Shown here piece by piece: positions 11,546-23,856 of a DNA stretch of 64,000 nucleotides. The notes beneath the pieces were generated by a model that saw nothing but the letters and a program-made list of their open reading frames with translations, was not told the DNA's origin and did no database searches. Origin of the DNA: Massalongia carnosa (taxonomy: Eukaryota). The stretch covers positions 1,984,001 to 2,048,000 of the forward strand of contig OZ287075.1 of NCBI GenBank assembly GCA_965645245.1, read 5' to 3'. The stretch's first letter is position 1; each line of letters begins with the position of its first letter. Position numbers and translations under genes: made by a program.

Positions 11546-13082
11546 CTTCGGCTAAGCGGATGAAAAGAGTGTAAACTGAGATTTGGGACAACAGAAATTG
11601 ATATCAACAGTTTTCACAAGAAATTGCTTTGAAGCGTGTAGTTTGGCAGTCTGAAACCGCCCAACAGCACTTATTGTAGAGCATGGGGGAATCTTGGGGT
11701 GCAGCACGTTAGCAGCAACACAAGAACTTGATATAAGAGTGGGTGGTTTTACCTTAAGTAAAGATGGAAGTTTGAACAAAAACCGCGGTATCCTGAAGCT
11801 ACCTCTGTTCGGCAGTGACCTATATAACGAGTACCACCTGAAGTCTGAACGATGAATCGAACCCGTATGAAATTTTAGCAAAGAAGGTTTTGCTAGCATG
11901 CTAAGAAATATTGATGAACCTTCGAGCAGGTAGCTATGTCTTGATGATGCACCTCACGCTCAGGCGTTAGTGATGAATGGCACTCGGAGTCTTTCTGGTG
12001 GTAAGCTGGAGTTAAATATCAATCTTGCTTGATCAAAGGGCTAAAGGCAAAACCGAGGAACAATGACCGACCTTTGGGTATACTATCGAAGTTGGACTGC
12101 TAGATGAAAAAGACTTCTGCGGCAAAATGTGAAAGCTATCTTGAATGTGACCGTGGTGAGATGAGAAGTGAAGGTTAAGAAATATTTCCCAGCGAAAATG
12201 TCTTTAATGAAGCGAATATATGATCAAGAGTAAGGGGAATCGAATCAACAGAACACGAGCCACAACGTATCAATGAACCTTTGAAGTTAAGTTCCAAACT
12301 CAGAGTCGTCGAACAGGAACATTTCCTGTAGCAAGCTTTGCAAATGAACATTCAATAAACGTGGTAAGGTAGATTCCTGGCGAAAGTTCATAAGTTGAGG
12401 TAAAGTGGAAAGGAAGATAGCATAGGTAAATCCTCGGTTTATCTGGTTAAAGCGAGCTCAAACCAGAATAAGTAACTACGTAGGGATTTTTGTGCTGGAT
12501 GGAGGAGTTGTAAGGTGGACGGATAAGAAATAAGGCCAGGGAGCAGACTTTAGCTTCCCTCCAAAAAAAAAAAAATTGAACGGGATCTGGCCCCTAACTG
12601 AAAAGCCAGAACCTGAAAAACAGATCCTGTATCACCCAGAGAGATGAAAAGTAGGTTCCCAATAACTTCAAGTACACGCAACACATCTTAGAGGGTAAGT
12701 CCAAGCGTGCAGGAGGAGTGGTTGAAAAGCAAGGAAAGGGTCCCTCAATTCCAGCTCAGAGGGATGAATCGAAAAGGATGATGAAACTAACACAGGCCCT
12801 CTTCTCAGCACTCTTTGTAAAACCCAATTCTTTCGCGATCTCTCCAAGCATCGTTGCTTTACAAAAAAGGCTAGCGGGAAAATAAGTACACACCTATTCA
12901 TCAATCCTGATCGAACCATGGGTATCATCGCCAAAGACCCCAGCGCCAAAGCCCTCTCTACTCCAATGATTAGAAAAAAGAACAGTATACACCGTGGCAC
13001 CGATTTCTCTACCATTTTTTCGAGAAAGCCCATCAGTTCCATCAGTGCAACAAACCTTAACTAATTCCTCATAGGTTCTCAA

Positions 13083-16000
13083 TCATGCATCTCGTCTTGA
13101 CTTTAGAAACACCCGCTTCGTGTTTCCCACCTTCCCCAGGTCTCCGAAATCCCGATCGCCACCGCCCTTATTCTTTTCCGCACTGAAATGCCGCGCTTGA
13201 TCCAGCATCCCGTCTACCCAAGCCTGCTTGCTGGGCGAGACCTCCTTTTTTCGGGCTTTCGGCCCGGCTAAACCTAGAGGCGAGTCGTCGTCTGCGGTGG
13301 AAGATAAGCGAGAAGATGGACGGAGCACGAGCATACTTGGGTCGGTCGATCCGAGTGTGGACTCGAAATACCTGGAGACTGGATTTTCCGGTGTCATGGG
13401 TGCATCGACATCGGCCGATGAGCAAGCTGAGTGGCGGGCATGGCGGAATGCAAGTGATGAGCTGGCTCTTGTTGAGGGAGAGTTAGGCCTGCTGGCTGGC
13501 GACACTGCAGGACTGGATATTCCAGCCAAGGTAGATATGGGAGTGCTGGGCTGCGCTTGGGGCAACCCTTGAATTTCAAACCTCCCGTCCGAAACGGACC
13601 TGCGCCCGTGATGGCTAGCATACTCCTTCAAGTATTCCCCAAGATCCGCCCAGCCACCGCCGATTCGAACCATAACTCGCTCACCGGCTTCACCGACCAG
13701 CCGAACAAATAATTTTATTGGGACATCCTTGCCTGATTGATGTAGATGATATAGTTTGATCTCTGGATCTCCGGTCAGCGTTCGCGACCTGGAAGCCTTG
13801 AGATTTGCCGGTGTGAGCGTTAATGGCGATGACGAAGCTGAAGCCTGCGGTCGTTTCAATCGCAAGGCTGGTGACCCTGAAGTAACTTTTTTATGGTCCG
13901 AGAAAGCATCAGAAGGCAGTACATCGGGTGCGTCAGGTTCCGGACCTGACTTCAGTCTTATATGCCCCGGGAGCTCGGTCAGAATATAGCTTATTCGAGC
14001 TTCAAGCTGGTCCTCCGAATTCTTGAAAGAGCGTGGAGGTGAGACGGTTTCTTTTTGAGCATTAGCATTCACAGCAGAAGGATGAGCTGTTTTCCGTCGC
14101 CGCAACTTCACTGGTGTTGAATCAGGGCTGAAGTCTGTCACATTCTCAAACCGGTGGCGAGACTTTATAGGGCCAGAAGGACGCAAACTGGTTGATGAAG
14201 TCTTTTCAATAATCTTTGATGCGTTTTCAGTGTCAGATACAAATTCGGATTGCAATTGATCTTTGCTCTCCCCCCGCCAGGATTTTAGCTTTTCTACTTC
14301 TATGTCTGCACGTAGTTGTTTTTCGGAATGAGCGTACTCCACTGTCGGCCTCTTTTCGGCTCCCCTTTCTTCTACTTGCAAGCTAAGATCTGTCAGTATT
14401 GCGGACGAATAACTCCCGCTGCGCCGTATAGTAACGTTTCGTATCTGGCTGTTTGTTAGCAAGACCCTAAAACTCCTCGAGGCTTGGCTTTCCCTACCTC
14501 GTGGCGTGGTATAACTTCAAAGGACCTGAGAGAAGCACTCCTCACTCTAACATGAGACTTGACGTTCTCACGATGAACCGGCAATTCGTCCACAACTCCA
14601 GTGCTTTCAGGTATAGAGGACTCTGGAGCAAAACTTGAAGCTCGCCTCCGGCCGTTCATGGAGAGAGCAAAGCTTGGCAAACATCTATTCTCATGAACCC
14701 CGTTTTCGTCTCGCTCAGTGAATAGACTTGATCGTCGTGACATCAAGCTAAGCGGTGTGGATGATCCCCGTAAAGGGGTTTCGACTTCCACGGGGTTTTC
14801 AAAGTATTCTGCCATTGATGCGTACTGAATCTCTGGACTAGACATGTTGGAGAAGTATTCAGAAGTACCAGAGCCAGGAATAGAGGTATCTGACGAAATA
14901 TCCGAACATGTAGTGCTTTCCGCATTTGCCATCGACTTTTTGAGTATGAGCGGTGCCGGCCTTGGAGTTGTGGCTCGTTTACCATTACGATCTTGTAGCG
15001 CATGAGCGTCCGGAGTAATTAGTAAGAAGTCTGTTACTGGTGTGGCTATCGGCTCTGGCATGATTGAGCTAAGCGAGTCGAGCTTGGCGGTGGTAGCGTC
15101 CTTGTTGTAGGCTGCGCCTTCCTGGATAGCCTCGGATTGAGCTTCAGAAGCCGTATTTACTTCTAATGTGGGCTCTAGAGACGGTGATGATTTAATTTTA
15201 TTGTTAAAAGCTTCTATAATCTCGGATCCTTGTATGAGGCTGAAAGACTCTAGTGCTGTAGTACTGATCGTTGATGATAATGAGAACTTATTTAGCCCAG
15301 CTGGAGGCGTAGTACTGCTGAGGGAATTATTTTTCTTCTCGTCCATCTTCTGAGTTGACAACTCACGGTCATGATCTTCAACGCCCCTTTCGTGGAGCGA
15401 CAATTCCGGCAAACGAGCAGAACTTGCAGGAGGCGAGTTTTTTCCACATTGAGGTTCGGATATAGAAGAATTACTTGGTCCAAATCCAAGGTCAAAAGTT
15501 TTTAGCTCCATATCTGAATTCAAGTTTTCAATTATATATGCTGCTTTGCTGTCCACTTGCCCGTCGGAGCCGAATGGATCTGGTTGACCGAGAACAGAAA
15601 TCCCAAGCTGAGTTTTAAGATCAGACTCTACCTTTTCTAACATCCACTTGGTTTCGATAATCGAGTTGTATGACTCTTCACGAACGAAAGAGACAGATCC
15701 TGTTTTCGATAGGTTATCCTGGCTTTCCTGCTCCTTTGATGAGGTAAGTTCACGACTAATCTGATCGAGCTTCCATTCGGCTTCCATAAGAATTTTCTCG
15801 GTTTCCACTACCCAGCTCCCAAACTCGGCCTCAATGCTTTCCATACCGTCAATCCACTCTTCGGGGATGGTATCCTCTCTACCTTCCAATAAATCCAGCA
15901 TGGTGTCGAGTCGTCTCCCAAGCTCGCAAATGCCATTCTCCAAACCGACTCGCTTTGAGTATAGAGCTGTTCTAGTGTGTTCCAAGCTACTTCCGGGGAA

Positions 16001-16873
16001 TGCAAAGTCTATATCGCTGATGAGATGCCATGCTACCGCCAGACTAGTCCGAGTGTACTCCAACAACTTTAGGAATTCAGGAATCTGACGAAGGATGGCA
16101 AGCCGTACCGACCAAGCCCCAAGTAATGAGTTCAGCCGTGATATAATGGGGAGAGCATGCATGATGGTTGCGGTAATGACAGCTGTGAAATCATCCAAGT
16201 GAATGTACTCGGCACTAGACGGCCCATTTCCATACATTCCACGTGACAGTCGCCTTGAGTTTGACGTCAAATGCGCATCACGCACGTAATCTTTCAGATC
16301 TTCCACCTCCAATGCCTCCATATCATCCCTGATTAAGTCGATTCGAACTTCATAATCTTGAGCCAACCTGGCAGGTAAGCCACCCCAATACTCAACTCCT
16401 TGCGGGTCATCTTCGTCTTTTTCCAAACCATGATTAGGGAAAGCGCAGTCAATGTGTCCATTGTGATCGGGCTTAGTTTTGAACCTTTTTTGCTCTTCTT
16501 CAGATGGCATAAGAAAGGCGTTGCGGGATGAGGACAAAGAACCAGGCCAAGGCCAAGCTGTGAGCTCCCGGTGCCATTCCTTCAACTTCTTTCCCGCCAG
16601 GGCAGCTCTAATACCCAGAGCTCGTTCTGATGTCGATGCGGCAGCGACGCTGTCGCGAAGGACACTCTGTCCAGTTTCTCCTTCTGTGTTAACCGCTCGT
16701 GTAGCTCCTAAGGCTTCGAGGGTAGACGTCGGAGACAGATTTGATAGCAGCGGATCCAGTTCATGGCTCATGACGAATTGCTGTCGCTTGGGCGAGCGAG
16801 AGGGCGACCTCAACGTGCCATTGCGATGAGGAGGCGCAAAGCGCGAAGTCGGACTTAATATGGTTGGGTTCAT
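13083..16873 (-). CDS. Large GAS2/GAR-domain (microtubule-binding) protein
   Basis: Two long ORFs joined by intron 14497-14445 (GTAGGG..CTAAC..CAG). C-terminal region has the GAR signature KLFVRLVGEAGERVMVRIGGGWADLGEYLKEYASHH. N-terminal half is helical/coiled-coil-like. Confidence 0.88.
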
Positions 16874-19800
16874 CGCAGGCCAAGGCTAAGGACAGGTTTG
16901 AGGGTCATAGGCGCCGAAGCAGGAAAGGAGATGAGTAGGTTAACGTCTTCATTCTGAGTGGGTAAACTCTCCGTTGCACAAAACAAACCAGTCTCTACTA
17001 TCAACAAGCATAGGCATGATCAGGTGAAAGAACATCAGAAAGAAATCAGCGAAACGAGCGTCTTGAAGTGGGTGGATAAAAGAGTGTATTGGGGGTGAAT
17101 GAAGTCCGAGGGGAGCGGCGGGAGCTTAGATATTTATGGCTTGGCTCGATTCCCTTCCGCCGCCAGATACCTAATCGGGTGCATCACGTGAACTTTGAAT
17201 ATCTTTGGGCGCTTCCTTTTTGGCATCTTGGCATCCAGCACTCTTTAAATGGGCAAGTTCCTGCAGGCTTGTATAACATCTGGAACCCAATGGCTCCAAC
17301 AAGCTTTGAAGACTCCCTTCGAAGGCGGGGTGAACACCTCGACGTTGCAGCAACTGCCGTGCCTGCGTCAGACCTGCATATGCCACATTGCCGAATATGC
17401 ATTTTCACAGGTTTCCCTGAGCATGTAACATCATGCTGTTACTTTCTTTGAATGGCGGGGTAGGGTGAGGCAGTAATACTCTGTACACATAACTCAAGTG
17501 TGTTGCTAATGTCGTGATTAAGGTTTGCTTTTGAGGAGGAAGAGGAGGGTGGTTCCTTGCTTATGGTGTCATTGGCTCTTTTGCCCTTTATCATTACATA
17601 AGTGGGGCACGAACTGAAAGACGTACTTCCACATTTACTTATCGGGAGACACGAGGAATAAAAGTTCATGAATTTGCTCTAGAGGTCACAGAATTTTCGA
17701 GGCATTGAAATGGACGTCACGGTTGACGTTCTTATTGAGCTTCCTGACTGCTCAGGGGTTAGTATTGCTAGGCTTCAGGAAGTGATCCCTTGGTACCGAG
17801 ATTATATTCGTAAATAGGCGGCGTTTATGGGGCGCGGAGGCGGATACTGTTCGACTGGGTACTGCTAGGAACTGTCGAGCAAGCTGGATATCACTCGCCA
17901 TACATAGGCCGAACCCCTAGTTTCCTTCAAAGAATCTTGAAAGTACCCACTTACCTCGGCCGTTGGCGTGGATACAGACTGCGAACGCCCTTCGTAATGG
18001 ATCAGCGAAAAGGAAGGTTTATTGAGGACCCAAGGCCTACCATCTAAAATTATTCGCCGTTTGAGGGGATGACCTGTAACACCCCCGTGAATATTTCTGT
18101 GCATGCCGATTGCCAAGGCATACTCCTAATATTGATTCTGGAACCCCCGCGAGAAAGCTTCGTTCTCAAGTTAGGCGGTGCTTTGGTGGGGCTAGCTAGC
18201 TCGCAAGATCCTGAAGTTTAACATATATTGGCTCGACTCGTGAAAAGAGCAAAATAGTCAAAACTAACCAACCTCTGACCTTTATGACTGGAGGAAAAGA
18301 ACGCTCTAGCGAAAGCTCGTTGGAGCCAAGCAGCCCGAGCGAAGCTTTATTACAGATTGCAATACTCGGACTTCCCAGTTGTGTATCACAAATGGACTGG
18401 ACATTGGAAGGCAGTGAGCTCGTCATGGTAAAGGAGCCAGTGTCGGAGCTCCACCACGTCCGTCCTTCAGTGCTCATCTATAGTTCAGAGAGTTGCAGGG
18501 TGGCGATGTGGTAGGTTAGTTTCGTCTTATCGGCTTGTGGCGCTTTATCATACAGCTGGCTTACAATCAACAACTATGACGACTCATGCCCGTGTTGTTA
18601 TCAAAATGGCTTACGGTCTTGGATCATCACGCCCCTTATTGCTACATTCACAGCTGGATCGGTGTCGGGCTCAGAATGCTATGAATAGCGATAGTGACGA
18701 ATGCGCTGTAGACTTGACCTCAGTCAACAAGCCTCCTTTGGTTAAGGAGAAGAACGACGCGAAGCGCGCCTGATCATGAGGAAGATAGTGTAGATGCTCG
18801 CAGGAAAAAAGCGTGAAATTCGAGCAATAAGAAAATTTGGAGATGCCCTTCCAGACTTGCCTGATCAAATGGGTTCATTGCCAGTTTTCCCGTCAAGAGT
18901 CATTAATCTAGCCACTGTCATTATCCTATCCAATGAAGAACAAATCAGGCTGTGGGAAGACCAACCACAGGCGGAGATCTGGGCATTCTTGGTTTATTGA
19001 AGACAAAATGCCTTGAGAAAAAATATTCGAAGATTCAAGATACTATTAAAGTATCAAAAGAAGAGAACTATAGATAGAGTACATGAAAGTATAAGTATAG
19101 GTTACAGAAGTAGCTTTGCAAGGACAATATGTAGAAGGAGCATGTACTCTGTATGGAAGAAGGATAGAAAATCAACGATACCAAAGATAACACTTATTCT
19201 GCTCTTCTTTAAGTCATCGCAAACGCTTTACCTATTTAATTATTAATCGTATCGATCATCATAAGCGCCTGCCGTCGCAGGTTCATTGTGATCTAGGAGC
19301 ATACTAGACGACCTTTCGGTACGACTTTACGAACGGGGTGAGTCCAAAAATAAATACTATGTGAAGTTATGGAGTACTCGGTACAGAGAGTCAACTAGTG
19401 AGAAGGTTAGCTTTGGGAGGATCAAGGGTGTAAAGCCTTCGAGGAGCTGGACGCTGGCTAACCCGCCATTTCTCCAATGTTAATTCCCCTGGAACAGGGG
19501 TGGTTCTGATAACTGACTGGCCGACTACCTTACCGGCATACTGATAAGTCCTATAGAAAACAGAACTTGGCCACCAAGGGATTTCTGTTGCACGCAGGGG
19601 CGGCCATCCCTCGGGGGTAAAAAACTACATCTAAGAAACCCATAAATCTTCCTTTTCCCCCTTTCCCCTACCCCACAAACCATCCATCCTAGAAAATCAC
19701 CTCATCGTCAAGGTTTCCCCAACCAAGACTGGGGGGGATGCTAAGAAGTGAAAAGGTCACTAACAAGAGGCATAAATGTTCAAATAAGATCCCCAATATC

Positions 19801-20511
19801 CGACAGATATCTTCCTGGTACATTGGCACATTGTGCAAAGGTCCCAAACGACAGCCCAGATCATCCTCGTCCGCCAAGCTTCCTTCTTCTTCTCCTTCTT
19901 AAAAAAGATAAGAAGAAAAAAGCTGGAGCTTTGTCCTGCAATCGAAAATGAACGTGGAGTTAAGTATGCTCCTAGGGGTGGGAGATAGGGTGATTAGGGA
20001 GATGGGAGAAGTAGGTACTCTATGTGTATAAATAGATGAAATATAGACGTTTGAACAGGCTGCCTACCTACCTTACCTACTGTACCTAGGTACTGCGGAA
20101 GTGTATGACGAAGAGACCCGAACAGGTAGGTAGGTATCTAGATACCTAGACCGACAATATAAGAATTGAGTATATTGAAGTAGAGTTGAGCTGAGCAGAG
20201 CACTGACCCCAAAGCAATCCTAGTTTGGCGTGAAGATGTAAATAAGTCGATTGATCGATATGTCACTAGAAAATATAGGTTCATTCAGTTGAGCAAATGG
20301 GTTGGATGAGACCCAACACGCCATTCCTCAATCCACCTGTTTAATTAAAATGCCCAATAACCCAAAATGCTGTTTCAATCCCCTTCTCCCCCCAAGAAAC
20401 CCCCAAAGGGGGAATCTTACACGATACACAACCCACTACCCATTCATAAATACCCCCTTCTGCCCTTTCTTCATATGAGAAAAGGCTGAAAGCAAAACAC
20501 CACGCCCCTCT

Positions 20512-23363
20512 TCACCCTACCCCGCCCCCGCTCTCAACTACTCTTTCTTTCGCCAAAACGACCACCTTCCTGCTAAGCAGACCCCTCAGTTCGGGACTGA
20601 TAATCTTTGCCTTCTTCACTTCTTCTCGGCCCGCTTCCCGCGCTCTGGCCTTTCCCGCCGCCACGCCACCTCCGCTATCCCGCCTAGTGTTGCTGCTCCC
20701 ATCAGCGTCTGTCGTGGCCGCGGCGTCGGCCGTTTGCGGCCGCTGCGAGGAGCCTTCGCCACTGGTGACCTGAGGAGCATCGTTCAAAGGTTTTCGCTGG
20801 CGGGTCCTGGGAGCGGCGGGGAAGTTATGTTTCTTATCGATGGCGTCGACGGTGCGTTGGAAGCGACGGAAAAGGGCTTGGGCTCGGAGAAGGGTCGATT
20901 GAAGGTCAATTGTGTTGGATAGTTCATTGACTGCGTTCAGTATGATCAGTAACGGGCTTCAAATATGTGCTGCCGTCGTAGAATGGAAGTTTCAGGAGTA
21001 ACGGCTGGTTAATTCCTTGGGCCAAAGAGAAGCATGGATCACGTACCGTATTTAAGAACTTCGTCGAAATGCTTTAAATGCTTCATAATGACATCCCGAT
21101 GTTTCTCGAGAATGGCTAGTGCAATGAAGAGGTGGAAATTGCTGCTCAGCCAATCGGTCCAGAGACTTTCCCACAGGCGGAGCACATCGGCCCATTCAAA
21201 CTCACGCTTGTACCAGACAAGCAGCATGCGGAAGAAGAAAAAGAAGTTGGTAGAGTCGGCGGACTGGAGATGTAAGTAGAGCGCGGGATCCATGAGTTGA
21301 ACAAGGTGATCGAGAGTTAGGAGTTGGGTGCGCATGCCGGATTGGTCACGGAGGAAATTTCGCTCCTAAAGGTTGTTTTAGCGTTCTAGACGAGATGGGG
21401 AATGTATAGAAACATACCATGCGCTGCATGAAACCTACGAAGCCCCAAAAAGCGACTGCGTCGTCTTGCATGACCGCGTAAATGGGCGCCAGGAGATCAC
21501 TCATGCCTTGAACATAGCCAAGGTCGCGATTGTATTCGTTGTAAGTCAGAAGCATATCCTTCATCTGTTCGAGATGGACGTTGGTGCCAACATCGGCGAA
21601 CGGGGAGTCAGGGTCTGGATGTGCGATATCTTCTCCTTCGAACAATGGAATATGTCGATCGGTACGATGTACGTCTTTTTCTATATGGCGGATCCCAAGC
21701 AATGGGGTCTGTCAGCTTCTTCCGCCAATTGTACATGGGCACTTGGCAAGATTTACCTATCCTGGCCTTTTGCTCCTTCCACCATTCAAGATCCACTGCA
21801 GCTCCACCGCCCTCGATCATTCGTTCCCACCACGCACCCTTCAGCCTGACGAACTGGTCTCTCTTCCTATGAATTATAACTTTCCGCTCATCGGCCGTAC
21901 CATCCCACTCATATACACCCAATAAGAATAGCCATGCTTCTTTCCTTACGCCATCGCAAGGGTCTAGTCCTCCTAAAAATATCCTCTGCTTAACTTCATC
22001 AGCCGTAACCTGGAGTCGACCGGTACGAGCATCAAAGAAGCCGTTCCACTCCTTGAGCGAGACAGGCTTTCGTTTTTCAGCCAACGACATTCCTCCTGCT
22101 TCCATGTCGAGAAGCTCGAATTGTCCCACGTCGCTATCCTCCATTTCCAAAACATCTTGCGCTGTAAAGATTCGCTGGCTCCTGTCCTTCTCGCTCTGCT
22201 CCGCAATCCCCATAGCCCACCGAGCAAGATATACTCTCGCACTATCGAACTCGTTTTGCAAAGTTTGAACTTCGGGGTTCTTCATCAGTCGCCGCACTTG
22301 CGGAGGGATTTTTGGATTCTCCACGATATCTTGGGCTGTTCGTTTGGTAAAATTCGTGACTTGACTCATTTTTTCAAGGAAACTCCATCTAGCTTGCTTA
22401 AGCGCCTTCGTGAGGGGGTCCATTCCAGCGTCTCGACTCTGTGAGCTTGAGCTTTGGCTAGCAACGCTTAATGTACCAGCCGCCTTGTTACCGACAGCAC
22501 TGGATAACTTGGGAGATGCAGGTTTACCACTGAATCCAAGTCGATCTTCAGCACTTGGCTCGACCAGATAAATTGACGGGTCTGCTCCCGATTTCTCTAC
22601 TACCACATATCTTTTCAGCCACCTCAGTACCTCGTCTCCGCCCCAAAATGTACTGCCGTCTTCGCCAAAAGGGTCAAAGCTCTCTCTTACCATTTTCTTT
22701 TTCTGCAGGATCGTTGATTGGCATTCATCATCGTGGAAGAATAGAGCGGGGAAGCTGTCCCCCGCCCTCGTGTTTATCACCACACTCCCAAACCACCAGC
22801 CCAGGCTCGGAGGCCTAATCATAAGCGAGTATATCTCGCTTACATGGACCGCAAAGGCATAGCTGCCTATCATGGTGCTTTGAATAGTTGTAGTCGGCGG
22901 CTGGGGAACAAGGAATGTTTGTCGGGGTGGCGAAGAGGAGTCCGAAAGATCAACCTTGACATAGGCTTCATAAGCGTCCCCTAAAGAGGCCTCTGGCAGC
23001 CAAGCCAAAAGGTATGAGGTTGCGTTGGTATTTCTCGATGCGGACGATGACACTGCCCGTTCTCGCAGTTCGCTAAGTGATGGTTTCTGCTGAATCAGAG
23101 CAATGAATCCTGGAACGTTGTCTTTGGATGATGGCGTTGGGTGTACGTAGACCTAGGTCGCGGTGTATGATCAGCCCTGCGAGCGCTGAAGCACAACGCC
23201 TCCTTACTTTGCTCTTAGAGAAAAGCAGCTTCACGCCGCGGCCCGAGTGACTATGCATGATCGTATTGTATTCTCCCTCCTCATCATCACTCAAGTCATA
23301 GAAAGACGCAGTCGGCGACACTGGCGATTCTGTTAGAGTGTATTGTGTAGCTGAGGACGTCAT
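20512..23363 (-). CDS. GYP7: TBC-domain Rab GTPase-activating protein Gyp7
   Basis: Multi-exon. N-terminal GVKLLFSKSKVYVHP and FPALFFHDDEC; TBC motifs RKEAWLFLLG, IEKDVHRTDR, YVQGMSDLLAP, FFFRMLLVWYKREF. Confidence 0.95.
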
Positions 23364-23572
23364 GTCTCATGGGCAGGCGATTCAAAGACTCTAGGTCTCA
23401 AGCAGAATATGGGCGTTGTTGAGGTCTTTAATCAGAAGCTGCTGACAGGCTCAAATTAGGCAGTGAGGTTCTCTTTGTTAGACACCGCGGTTGGCGGTCT
23501 GGGCAATACTCATATTTGTTATATGAGTATATCCTCCTGCGTGAAGAAGGTTAGCCAAATCGGCCTTATTCT

Positions 23573-23856
23573 TTGCCTTAGTACCTTAGACGTGTTGTGG
23601 CACAGCCTTCGCCTGCACTAACCTCTTTTAGTTAGCGCAGCGCTAACTTATTTAGCCTATATGCCTAACCCTTTAAAGTTAGGCTTTGCTTACTAAGTTC
23701 GCTCTGCCGCCCAAAGCATGCGTAGTAAGCTAAATAGAATCTTATCCTAAAACAGTTAAACACTTAACTAATTGACTTAGCTTCTGACTAATTATATACT
23801 AGTCCGAAAAGGCTTAGCTGTGGCGAGGGCAAGGCAGGTCTGAGGTACTGAGGCAA
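23573..23856. mobile_element. Non-autonomous DNA transposon (MITE), 284 bp, 19-bp TIRs, 8-bp TSD, RIP-like mutations
   Basis: Left TIR ttgccttagtaccttagac (23573-23591) matches right TIR gtctgaggtactgaggcaa (23838-23856) at 17/19. Identical CTTATTCT flanks both ends (23565-23572 and 23857-23864). Interior is visibly TpA-rich. Confidence 0.85.

Noticed and set aside
12668..13042. 124-aa hydrophobic ORF downstream of the GAS2 gene
   Set aside because: Lies in the probable 3'UTR; no recognisable family motif.
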